A stretch of 64,000 nt of DNA, taken from Leptogorgia sarmentosa (Eukaryota). Shown one piece after another: positions 27,233 through 40,500 of the stretch. The stretch spans positions 4,464,001-4,528,000 of the forward strand of contig OZ210884.1 of the NCBI GenBank assembly GCA_964658305.1. Reading direction: 5' to 3'. Each line of letters opens with the position of its first letter. Positions within the stretch are counted from its first letter, which is position 1. Position numbers and translations under genes: made by a program. The notes below the pieces were generated by a model that was not told where the DNA came from, ran no database searches, and saw only the letters and a program-made list of their open reading frames with translations.

Positions 27233-28256
27233 TTGTTTAAAACTTTTCTTGCCATCATTGTAAAGAAATGAAATTGATACAATAAAATTATTTTTATGAA
27301 ATGAAATCGAAGAAAAAAACAGTTCGCATTATTTGACAGTTGCTAAATAGTTTGCGCTATTTATAGTCCAAATTGTTTTGACATCATTATGAAGGTTGAA
27401 TGATCTTTATGGCTCTATGTGAAGTTAATATTTATCTGTCGTAATTTAGTGAGGAATGAATCATCCATGACAATAATTGACCCTGCTCTCTACTTAATAT
27501 GTTTTTTAACCAAATATAAATTTTTGACATTCATATCAGTCAAATGATGTCAAAGAGTGAACACGTGCAAAAAAGGATTGACAGTGCCAGCGCCATATTG
27601 CTATGACGTTGAGAATCATTTTGACTGACATCAGAATGACGAACGAACCAAAGGACTTTTTTACTAGCTACAAATGGATTCTTCCACCGAAAGACTCGCG
27701 TAAATTAAAAAATCACTGGAAAAAATATTCGTTGAATTGCTGATTGTTAAATATCATCGTGGTACATACGAATGACTACGCTAATATAACAATTTTAGTG
27801 TTGATTTATTTTTTTTTAATTTTATGACTTTTCACTCCCCTGTCGTAGGATAGGAGATACACGATAAGACTAAATTATTATACCAAGTTGTTTAAAACTT
27901 TTTGGAAATCATCGTAAACAAATGAAAATTGCATGATACAATAAAATTATTTTTATGAAATGAGATTGAAAAAAAAAAACGTTTGTAACAGTTGTTAAAC
28001 AGTTTGCGCTATTTATACTCCAAATTGTTTTGACATCATTATGAAGGTTGAATGTTCTTTATGGCTCTATGTGATGTTAATATTTATTTGTCGTAATTTA
28101 GTGAGGAATGAATCATCCATGACAATAATTATTGACCCTGCTCTCTATACTTATGTTTTTTAGCCAAATATAAATTTTTGACATTGATATCAGCCAAATA
28201 TGGCAAAGAGTGAACACGTGCAAAAAAGGATTGACGTGCCATGCCAGCGCCATATT
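27233..28256. repeat. Two ~370-bp diverged direct repeats upstream of the EGF/SEA gene
   Basis: 27233-27599 and 27888-28256 both run from TTGTTTAAAACTTTT to GCCAGCGCCATATT with long identical blocks. Confidence 0.85.
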
Positions 28257-28572
28257 TCCGTCCCGCTCATTTTATGAGCAACAAAACGTTTGCATTCATA
28301 CCATGTCTAACATCCTTAAACCAAAATTATAAAGAAATAGCTTTTTCATTTGATATAGGTGATTAAATCAAATTGTGGTGGAATGTTGCATATAATTATT
28401 TAATTTTATCACGTATACAATGGCAGTAACTGTAGCCATTTTCACTCATGAAGCAACTAAGCCCATTTCGTATGTTGAATTATCATACGTCGAATCTTGC
28501 ATGGTCGCGTTGATTGCAATTCACTAAACCTACATTTTTCTTTCTTATTTTCATAGATATCCTGTCGTGAAA

Positions 28573-31500
28573 ATGATTCGCTGTCATCTTTATATCTTCG
28601 CTTTGTTGTTAGGAGCTGTGAATATTCACGGTATGGCCGGTAACAGTAACTACAGTTACCATTTGTTGAATTTATATGCGATGCTGAAAATGCTCAAAAA
28701 ACCGAGCGCTGTATCAATACGTTGTAAGCAAATGATTTTTTTGTATGTAAAAACGCGGTAACACTAAGAAGAATTCAAAATAACAAAGATGCATGCCTGG
28801 TAAAAAATTCAACAACTTCGGGGCGGGGGATTGCGCATCTAGAATAGATCAGGGGTAGCGTTAACGTTGTCGTTTCGATGCAGGTATTTCATGTTTTGTG
28901 TGGACGTTTTTTTAGGTGAAAAAATAAAAATAAAGAAAGTACTTCGAAGACTTTATATAACATAGTAACGACGTTAACTTTGCATAAACTAATGAAATTT
29001 CTAAGCACAATCGTACTTGTAGGAACTTGCAATGAAAATGCTGAAGAACATGTGATTAACGGCGTAATTGAATGTTTCTGCAAATTTGGCTATTATGGAA
29101 ATGGAAAAAATTGTACAGGTATGTCTTGTATTTAAATCTGACACTTTTTTGCACCTTAATCTCTAAATGTTCATATTTAAAATTACAAGGAGTGCGTCCA
29201 AAAATCGTCGATATGCATGCATGTGCTACTGTAAGAAAAGAAATTTGACGCGAAAATGTGGAACCTCGCGCGCATTCGATTGTGTTCACCCAGGCGGAGA
29301 TTACAAATTGCAATGCCAAAAATACCAGATTTATATTAACCTCCGTACCTTCCGCAATTTTCTTATTTCTTTCCAGATATCAATGAATGTTTCAATCCCT
29401 GTGCTTGTCCTACTGATCAACAATGTCTCAATACGGAAGGCTCCTATGAGTGTAGAGGTACAATTTGACACATTTCCTGAAGAATTTCTAAACTGAAAAT
29501 GGTAACGGCGATAACCTCATCGTGAAGATGATAGGCAATGTTAAAAAGTTGAAATCATCTTGCCTTCTACAGAGAGTCCTTGCGACGAAAATGCCGAGTG
29601 GTATTTGATTAACGGCAGAAGTGAATGTTTTTGCAAACTTGGTTATTATGGGAACGGAACAAGATGCACAGGTACCTTTGAATTTGATAAAATAATGTTT
29701 TGAAAATGATCTTAATTCTTTTATATTTGCACGATATTCACGCGTTTCTTCCGTCATTTAGGCCTGACTTTTATACCTGTCACGTTTTATTGGTTGTTTC
29801 AATTTTTAGACTTTTTGTATTTTAATATTAACCAAAATTTTAGCTCTAAACCTAACCCCAACCCTATCCCTAATCCTAACCTTAAACCAAGTAATGACAC
29901 TAATCCTTTCCTAATGCTAACCCTAATCCTATTTCAAATCAACTATAGAAATAGTAACAGCCCCTAAATCATGACTCATATTGGCTGACTTTAATTATTC
30001 GTCCTTCTAAACACGTTTAAAGCGTGAAATCGTCTCTTCAAAATTGGAATATTTCAGTTACGTATCGTCTTATCAATGTTCAGACTTCAGCGTTCTGAAT
30101 TATTTTGTTACAGATATTAACGAATGTTTGAATCCTTGTGCATGTCCTACAGATCAGCATTGTGTTAACACGGAAGGTTCATATGAGTGCAGAGGTACTG
30201 TACATAGATATTGGAAAATTTACTGAAACATTTTAGAAATGAAACTCGTAGCGACTTTACTGCTATGTCGGGGGAATAGAGGTATCTTAGAGTTGAATTA
30301 TGCATGCTGAATACTCTGAATTTTATAGATATCCCGTGCGACGAAAATGCTGAGTGGCATGTGATTGATGGTATGATTGAATGTTTCTGCAACGATGGTT
30401 ACTATGGAAATGGAACAGATTGTACAGGTACGTTTGATTTTGATAAGACCAGATGTTCTTAAAATTTCATATTTTTTAACTTCAATTTGTAAATCCTGAA
30501 CAGATGTCCAATTCTATGTTGAAAAATCATTTAAAAGGGGCAACCTTCTTTTCTTTAGGAACAAAGCGACTGTATTAATTTCAACGTAGTTATTATCTAT
30601 CATCTTACCATAATAAAAATTAAAAATGAATACCATGCATGATTGAGTAATAAAACCTATGTTATTACTCTCTTACAGATATTAACGAATGTTTGAATTC
30701 CTGCGCTTGTCCTACAAATCAGCATTGTTTTAATACGGAAGGTTCATATGAATGCAGAGGTATATAGATATTCAATATTTATTATATGGACAGCGGTATT
30801 TTATTGGGAACTAAAACACTCGTAGAACTCATACGCCACTACATCCGGGATACGGTGCGCGTATTTTCCGTATGTCACGCTTAGGGGTGACATAACCTTC
30901 CCGCCTTTTTCGCTGTTTACAAATGGCTTCTACTTCAAGGTTTGTGAATTTAAGCCAAGACGATATTAGTACGTTTTGCGAAGAACAATAAAGCTACAAT
31001 ACTACAATAAACTACAATAAAGCGGTATTTTATAATCTATATTTAGTAAAGGCTAATTTTAAAGCCATTAATTGTCGTGTTTTAGACTGCATGTTTTCAT
31101 TAAAAGAGTAGTTGTTGTGTATTTGTGTCACTCTGAATAAGTCCATTAATAAACAGAACATTACACGGCTCGCTCGAAGATATGGATTTTATGTTCTCGT
31201 GGCAAGAACAATATCTCACTCGTTCGCTGCGCTCACTCGTGAGATATTGTTCTTGCCACTCGAACATAAAATCCATATCTTCTCGCAACCGTGTAATATC
31301 CTATATTTATGAAACATCATCCAGTTGAAACTGGTAACGACATTACTGCTATGTTGGGAATCTTTAAAGAGTTGAATTATTCATGGTGAATTTTATAGAG
31401 ATTCCGTGCGACGAAAATGCTGAGTGGCACGTGATTGATGGTATGATTGAATGTTTCTGCAACTATGGTTACTATGGAAATGGAACGGATTGTACAGGTA

Positions 31501-34500
31501 CGTTTGATTTTGATAAGAGCAGATGTTCTTAAAATTTCATATTTTTTAACTTCAATTTGTAAATTCTGAACAGATGTCCAATTCTATGTTGAAAAATCAT
31601 TTAAAAGGGGCAACTCTCTTTTTTAGGAACAAAGCGACTGTATTAATTTCAACGTAGTTATTATCTATCATCTTACCATAATAAAAATTAAAAATGAATA
31701 CCATGCATGATTGAGTAATAAAACCTATGTTATTACTCTCTTACAGATATTAACGAATGTTTGAATTCCTGCGCTTGTCCTACAAATCAGCATTGTTTTA
31801 ATACGGAAGGTTCATATGAATGCAGAGGTAAATAGATATTCAATATATATGAAACATCTTCCAGTTGAAACTGGTAACGACATTACTGTTATGTTGGGAA
31901 TCTTTAAAGAGTTGAATTATTCATGCTGAATTTTATAGAGATTCCGTGCGATGAAAATGCTGAGTGGCACGTGATTGATGGTATGATTGAATGTTTCTGC
32001 AAAACTGGTTACTATGGAAACGGAACAAATTGTACAGGTACGCTTGATTATAAGACCAGATGTGTTAAAAATTTCCTATTAACTTCATTATCAATTTGTA
32101 AATTCCTAACAGTTGTCCGATTATGTGTTGAAAAATGATTTAAAAGGGCAAACCTTCTTCTCTTTAGGAAGAATTAACTGTATTTTTAAATACTTAGTTA
32201 GCTAGTATCATCTTACCAGAATAAAAATGAATACCATGCATGATTGAGTAATACAAACTATATTCTTACGCTCTTACAGATATTAACGAATGCTTACATT
32301 CCTGTGCATATCCTACATTTCCATAGGCCTGTTTTAAGCTTTTGGACAAGATTAATGAAAAAATTAAAATAAATTAAAACAAAAGCACATGAAGTTCTCC
32401 ATGGCGTTTGTCTCAATCCAACAACTTTTAATGATATTGCAGACATTGATGAATGCAAGAACCCTTGCGCATGTCCAGAGGGATATGAATGCATCAACTC
32501 CGTAGGATCATATGGATGTAGAGGTAAGCTATAAAACGTGGAACTAACGAAATGAAATATTGCTTGTTTACGATCACATGAATTTTTGCTCAATTGACGG
32601 GCAATTGAACAACTTGTACACGATTTTTCCCAGTATGCAAGTGATGGTAGCAAGGTTGAAATGACGGTGACACAACTATCTAAGACCTAAAATGTCTGTA
32701 ACTCTTAAAACATCTCTAATGGATCGATTTTTGTCATGATACTTACCCGTCAACTTGAATTCAAACCGATAGGTTGATACAACCAATAGGTTGCTCGTAC
32801 CGTTGGCCTTTGCCAAGACCACTTTGACTCCTGGGAAAAAAGTGCGTAATATGATTCTAATAAGAGGAATTTTTTTTAGAAATTAACGAATGTGAGGGCG
32901 GTCACAATTGCCACGCGAATGCCACGTGTGAAAATACTGATGGTTCATTCAATTGCACTTGCATTACTGGATACTCCGGTAATGGAACTGACTGTGAAGG
33001 TAAGCCATTTTTTAAATGAAAATTAAAACAGGGGAATGGCAATGTGTTTGTTTGTTTTTCGTACGCTTTGTATTTATATTTTACTAAAGGGCTAATTTAC
33101 TGAAATTTTTTTCTGAAAACCACTATACTTTCTCAACGTCTTGAATCCTGAAATTTATAAACAAGCAAACACCTGACTCAATTAAATCAATACATTTTAA
33201 TCTATACATTCTCTCATACTCGTATGTATACACGTATGTATACACATCAACCTAGAAAACAATCGATACGAAAATATGCTTTTTTCGATGAATATTAAAC
33301 AATTATTGGATGAGGCTGAGCATTATATCAAGAATTATTCAGACCGAGGTCAATGTTATCTGCCGAAGCGAAGCTGAGGCGGATAACATTTGCCGAGGTC
33401 TGAATAATTCTTGATATCATGCGAAAGCCGAATCCAATAATTGTTTTATTATACATTTAAAAGAGAGTTAACTTTCATTCAGCGAAGCAAATCTGGTGCA
33501 GGCCATTGTTTGTTTGTTTGTTTTTTCGCGCGCTTTTAGCTTCAAGCTTTTGACAGCGCTAGGGTTTGGACACGAGAGAGTCCAATAATTTTTTTTTTGG
33601 ATGCAAGTTCGATCCAAAAAAATAATTATCGGACGCTGATGACGTCATCGGCGGAAAATACGTAATAAATACCGAATACTGAGAATTATCCGGTGCTTTC
33701 TGACCAATCAGGAACGAGAATAAATTTTAAATGTATAATAAATTCTATTAGTATACACCCACCATCGTCTATTACAAATGCTACATTCTGATTGGCTACT
33801 CAGTCGTAATCCATTCCGTGATAGTCGACGGTCGCCAAAAAGCAAAGGAAAACAATATGGCTACTGTAGAAAACTCGCGTTTTGCTGAGGTTTCTGACGA
33901 ATTTTCTTGATATAAATCATTCTAGATCTGGGCATAATGTGTATACTAAAACCATTAGTGAACTCGGCCTCTTTGTCTAATTGTTAAATATCAAATATTT
34001 TTGGGATATCAATATTTATTTCATGATATTTTTATACATCAGTATTTATGAGCTTGATTCGCTTGTAGGAAGTCTAATGATATATTGTTCCAACAATTTT
34101 TCTCAGATATCATTGAGTGCGATGAGAGCATTCATAATTGTCATGACAATGCGACGTGCAGCAACACTGAAGGTTCATTCTACTGCACTTGTAAATCTGG
34201 ATTTACAGGAAATGGAACTCATTGTGAAGGTTAGCACGTTTTAGCGTGGCCTGCATGTGATCCCAAAGAATGTTGACTTGAGAAAATGGAGAGAAATTAA
34301 TAATAAATAAAAATTCACGCACTGTATTCCTAATGAAAGGCAATGCTTACTCATACATATCTCTTTTTCATTCAATGGAACAATTTAGATATTCATGAAT
34401 GTAATGGCACCAGTCATAATTGCCACACCAATGCAACGTGTCACAATATTGATGGTTCGTACTACTGCAGTTGTAAATCTGGCTTTACAGGAAATGGAAC

Positions 34501-37500
34501 TCATTGCGAAGGTTAGCACGTTTTAGTGTAGCCTGCATGTGATCCCAAAGAATGTTGACTTGAGAAAATTGAGAGAAATTAATAATAAATAAAAATTCAC
34601 GCACTGTATTCCTAATGAAAGGCAATGCTTACTCATACATATCTCTTTTTCATTCAATGGAACAATTTAGATATTCATGAATGTAATGGCACCAGTCACA
34701 ATTGCCACAGCAATGCATCGTGTCACAATATTGATGGTTCGTTCTACTGCACTTGTAAATCTGGCTACACAGGAAATGGAACTCATTGCGAAGGTTAGCA
34801 CGTTTTAGCGTGGCCTGCATGTGATCCCAAAGAATGTTGACTTGAGAAAATTGAGAGAAATTAATAATAAATAAAAATTCACGCACTGTATTCCTAATGA
34901 AAGGCAATGCTTACTCATACATATCTCTTTTTCATTCAATGGAACAATTTAGATATTCATGAATGTAATGGCACCAGTCACAATTGCCACAGCAATGCAT
35001 CGTGTCACAATATTGATGGTTCGTTCTACTGCACTTGTAAATCTGGCTACACAGGAAATGGAACTCATTGCGAAGGTTAGCACGTTTTAGCGTGGCCTGC
35101 ATGTGATCCCAAAGAATGTTGACTTGAGAAAATTGAGAGAAATTAATAATAAATAAAAATTCACGCACTGTATTCCTAATGAAAGGCAATGCTTACTCAT
35201 ACATATCTCTTTTTCATTCAATGGAACAATTTAGATATTCATGAATGTAATGGCACCAGTCATAATTGTCATCACAATGCATCGTGTCACAATATTGATG
35301 GTTCGTTCTACTGCACTTGTAAATCTGGCTACACAGGAAATGGAACTCATTGCGAAGGTTAGCACGTTTTAGTGTAGCCTGCATGTGATCCCAAAGAATG
35401 TTGACTTGAGAAAATGGAGAGAAATTAATAATAAATAAAAATTCACGCACTGTATTCCTAATGAAAGGCAATGCTTACTCATACATATCTCTTTTTCATT
35501 CAATGGAACAATTTAGATATTCATGAATGTAATGGCACCAGTCATAATTGCCACACCAATGCATCGTGTCACAATATTGATGGTTCGTTCTACTGCACTT
35601 GTAAATCTGGCTACACAGGAAATGGAACTCATTGCGAAGGTTAGCACGTTTTAGTGTAGCCTGCATGTGATCCCAAAGAATGTTGACTTGAGAAAATGGA
35701 GAGAAATTAATAATAAATAAAATTTCACGCACTGTATTCCTAATGAAAGGCAATGCTTACTCATACATATCTCTTTTTCATTCAATGGAACAATTTAGAT
35801 ATTCATGAATGTAATGGCACCAGTCATAATTGCCACACCAATGCAAGGTGTCACAATATTGATGGTTCGTTCTACTGCACTTGTAAATCTGGCTACACAG
35901 GAAATGGAACTCATTGCGAAGGTTAGCACGTTTTAGTGTAGCCTGCATGTGATCCCAAAGAATGTTGACTTGAGAAAATTGATAGAAATTAATAATAAAT
36001 AAAAATTCACGCACTGTATTCCTAATGAAAGGCAATGCTTACTCATACATATTTCTTTTTCATTCAATGGAACAATTTAGATATTCATGAATGTAATGGT
36101 ACCAGTCACAATTGCCACAGCAATGCATCGTGTCACAATATTGATGGTTCGTTCTACTGCACTTGTAAATCTGGCTACACAGGAAATGGAACTCATTGCG
36201 AAGGTTAGCACGTTTTAGCGTGGCCTGAATGTGATCCCAAAGATTGTTGACTTGAGAAATTTGAGAGAATTCAAGGAATGGCAATAAATATAAATTGACG
36301 TAAATGTATTCCTAATGAAAGGCAATGCTTACTCATACATATCTCTTTTTCATTCAATGGAACAATTTAGATATTCATGAATGTAATGGCACCAGTCATA
36401 ATTGTCATCACAATGCAACGTGCAGCAACATTGATGGCTCATTCTACTGCACTTGTAAATCTGGTTACACAGGAAATGGAACTCATTGCGAAGGTTAGCA
36501 CGTTTTAGTGTAGCCTGCATGTGATCCCAAAGAATGTTGACTTGAGAAAATTGAGAGAATTCAAGGAATGGCAATAAATATAAATTGACGTAAATGTATT
36601 CCTAATGAAAGGCAATGCTTACTCATACATATCTCTTTTTCATTTAATGGAACAATTTAGATATTCATGAATGTAATGGCACCAGTCATAATTGCCACAG
36701 CAATGCAACGTGTCACAATATTGATGGTTCGTACTACTGCAGTTGTAAATCTGGCTTTACAGGAAATGGAACTCATTGCGAAGGTTAGCACGTTTTAGTG
36801 TAGCCTGCATGTGATCCCAAAGAATGTTGACCTGAGAAAATTGAGAGAAATTAATAATAAATAAAAATTCACGCAATGTATTCCTAATGAAAGGAAATGC
36901 TTACTCATACATATCTCTTTTTCATTCAATGGAACAATTTAGATATTCATGAATGTAATGGCACCAGTCATAATTGCCACACCAATGCATCGTGTCACAA
37001 TATTGATGGTTCGTTCTACTGCACTTGTAAATCTGGCTACACAGGAAATGGAACTCATTGCGAAGGTTAGCACGTTTTAGTGTAGCCTGCATGTGATCCC
37101 AAAGAATGTTGACTTGAGAAAATTGAGAGAATTCAAGGAATGGCAATAAATATAAATTGACGTAAATGTATTTCGAATGAAAGGCAATGCTTACTCATAC
37201 ATATCTCTCCTTCATTCAATGGAACAATTTAGATATTCATGAATGTAATGGCACCAGTCATAATTGCCACAGCAATGCAAGGTGTCACAATATTGATGGT
37301 TCGTTCTACTGCACGTGTATCTCTGGCTTTTCTGGAAATGGAACTGATTGTCAAGGTTAGTATATTTTATAAGAAAAATAAGGGGTTTGAAAGAAAATTA
37401 AGCGGCTTGTCCAAGCATATTATTCGTTTACATACTCCATGACCTGCCAATAGGCATAATCTTGTTTGAAACTTCGAAGATTATTTCAGCTATTACAACC

Positions 37501-40500
37501 AATTGTGAAGGTATTACTGAGACGAAATTTATATAACTTTGAAACTTTGGAACCGTCTGTTGCGTCATTTTATATACAAAGTGTTCTTGCAGATATATAA
37601 GCGCATAGCTTCACATTTAAATTTAGATTTAGCATTTATATGATAATAGCTAATTATATAATTATTATCCTAACGCACTTATAGCTGCCTTGTTATCTTA
37701 TATTTTATGATGTTTTTTATAGATGTCAACGAATGCATAAATGATGCTGCTAATAATTGCTCAGATAACGCTATCTGTAATAATCTTATTGGAACATACG
37801 AGTGCATTTGTAACGATGGATATACAGGAGACGGGTTTGTGTGTGGTGAGTAATAAGTGTTCATTCTATGAAATTTTAGGCCCGTTTCATACGTCGAATT
37901 TTGGTCGCATCGAATCGAATGCAATTCAAACAATGGACAATCAGATGGCTAACTTAATTATCTATTGTTTGAAATGCATTCAATGCGACCAAAGTTCGAC
38001 ATATGAAACAGGCCTTAGTGTTCTAGAGATACCGAAAACATTATTAAAGCTATTTTTCTTTAAAATGCGCATAGTCTATTTTAGGTAACTTTACAAAATT
38101 AACGCGATATTCAAGTTTGTTTCGCGATTGCTTCCAGCTATTCATTACCTATGCATGTACTTCAAACACAAACATCTTGCAAAGTTTAATTATACAACGT
38201 CTTTATTTGCTGTTATATTACAAAATTGTTGTTTGAAAACTAACTTAACTACCGACAAACTAAATTAGCTATATACCTCGACTTTAAAATTGTCCAGTGA
38301 GATATACACAGAAGTTAGTTTGCACCACACGTGAACATAAAACCCTCTGTTACAGCGAGGTTTTCTTATCGCTCAGATTCACTAAAAGTTTTATTTTTCT
38401 TCTTGCCAGACGATATAGATGAATGCACCGACGCCACGCCACCGACTCGATGTAGAGGTCCAGGCCAACGATGCACAAATTATCCTGGGACTTATCGTTG
38501 TAACTGCATCAGCCCCAGAAAACAACTTAATGAAGACGAGTCGGCATGTATTAGTAAGTAGAACATCATGATTTCGTTACATAATATACTTATAGTGGCG
38601 TATATTTCTTTCCGTCCAGTTGAGTTGTCAATCCATTGCAAATTCAGCACACCAGTTTTGGGTCAAACCTCATTTTCGTCCATTGGGAAAAGAATAGCAT
38701 TTCCAATGGGTCGTCTCATCCTCAAGAGCAGTTTTGAGTTTAGTAGAATTCGAAGTCACGTATAGGAGTTGCTTTACTTTTGGAAACTAAGGTCCATTTA
38801 ATTTTATCTAAGTAAATCTACTAATTAATTACAAGTAAATCTAAATAATTCGGCTTGCTCAATTTAAAGCATCATATTAATTTATCTTATTTTACTTTCT
38901 CACTCTTAGATATTATGGCTTCAGTCCAAGGCCGAATTCGAATCATCAATCGTGTATTTCTCAGTGATTACAACGATACGAAAAGCTTAGCATTCTTTCA
39001 ATTCAGTCAAACGATAATTATTCAGGTATCGCCATTTCACTTTATGTAAAATTTCAAAGTTCAGTTTGAAGAAAAAAAGAAGAAAGTTTTAATTAGCAAT
39101 TAAGCGCCAAACGGATATTAAGATTCGAATATAGATTGCCTTTGTTTGGTGCGCCAGTTCTTTTTCTCGAAGTAAATTAAAGTGTCTGAAAAAATCCGAA
39201 CAAGTTTAACTTAAGGTGTTATCAACTTTGTGAGCGGCTCGGGTTTTTCCTTTTCCTTTATCCATAATGTCAATTGCTTGAGTATATAAAATACAATTAC
39301 AACGTAGAATAAAAATTAATATGAAAAAAGCCATAAACTTTAAACATTCAAAACGCGGCAGTTTGTGTGTTGTACACAAAGCTGGTCGTTTCAGAAAAGT
39401 TCCTGCAGTGTTTTGATATTCAACACCAACAAATTTTCCGTCCATCCATCCAGCCAATTTTTCCTGTTTCAAAAGACACACCCATCCGTGTTTTGAAGAA
39501 TCGAATTTCGATCTTTTTTCGTTAATTTATCATTGTGAATATGAAGGCAATGAGTTCAAATACCGACTTAAGTTTTGAAGTACTTAGCTAATGTAAACTC
39601 AAGTACATACCAATTCATGACATGTGAGCCACTCGACGCCTAACTCGGGTATAATTTTATGTTTTCCAGCTTACAAATCTTTTCAGGAAAACTCGAACAC
39701 TACATGTTACGTTTTACAATATCGTGATAATAGGACTGTAGTAAGTAATTATATACATATATTCCTTTGAACTAACTGGATGATAAATAATTATATAGAT
39801 TTATATTGTAAGAAAATTAGGACAATTATTATAAAATAATAATCACTTTCTGTTTTTATTTTGAAACAAGAGTTTAAAATGTTAAAAGCCAAATTGGTAC
39901 AACAAAACAATAGTAATCCTGCACGGCATTGTGTCAGATGTTTAATACATACAGTTTGCAATTATGTCAATTTTGACTGATGCGAGCAACGGTCTTAATT
40001 AAATCAAATTGCTGCCGATAAAGTGAGGAAAAAAAGAAATTAACAAAAATATTTTCATGTGTTAATTTATGCTCATGCTGCATATAGTACGTAATTAAAA
40101 TTCCCCAAGAAATCATGCATTAGCAAAGTTGAAATGTTAGAGTCTTGGAAAAGCAATCGGTAATGATAGAGCTTATTTTAAATATGAATGTTATGAACTT
40201 ATTGGTCATAATTTCAGTCCAGGTTCTGTGAATGTGCAATATGTGGCGACTTTCAACGATGTACCTGAAATGAGTAGTCAAATGATACAAACTGAACTGG
40301 CAGAAGCGATGAACTTGACCAGTAATGGTACATTTCTCGGTAATAGCGACCTGCAAATTAGTGACAACACCAATCTAACACAAGTGGCAAATGAACTTAC
40401 TGTCCAAGGTAGTAATTTTGGAATTTTTCTCCCATAAAAAATATATGAACATTTATAAAACTTAATAAAAACAAAATGCAGAAAGCTGTTTTGTGAAGCA

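Noticed and set aside
29167..29340. Cys-containing ORF between exons A1 and B1 as an extra EGF exon
   Set aside because: Cys spacing is not EGF-like and no phase-1 splice pair brackets it.
29845..29932. TAACCC-like tract as an interstitial telomere
   Set aside because: Too degenerate and short; more likely low-complexity repeat debris in an intron.
34650..37146. Series of 74-85 aa minus-strand ORFs (MPFIRNTV...)
   Set aside because: Antisense shadows of the plus-strand EGF exon/intron array.
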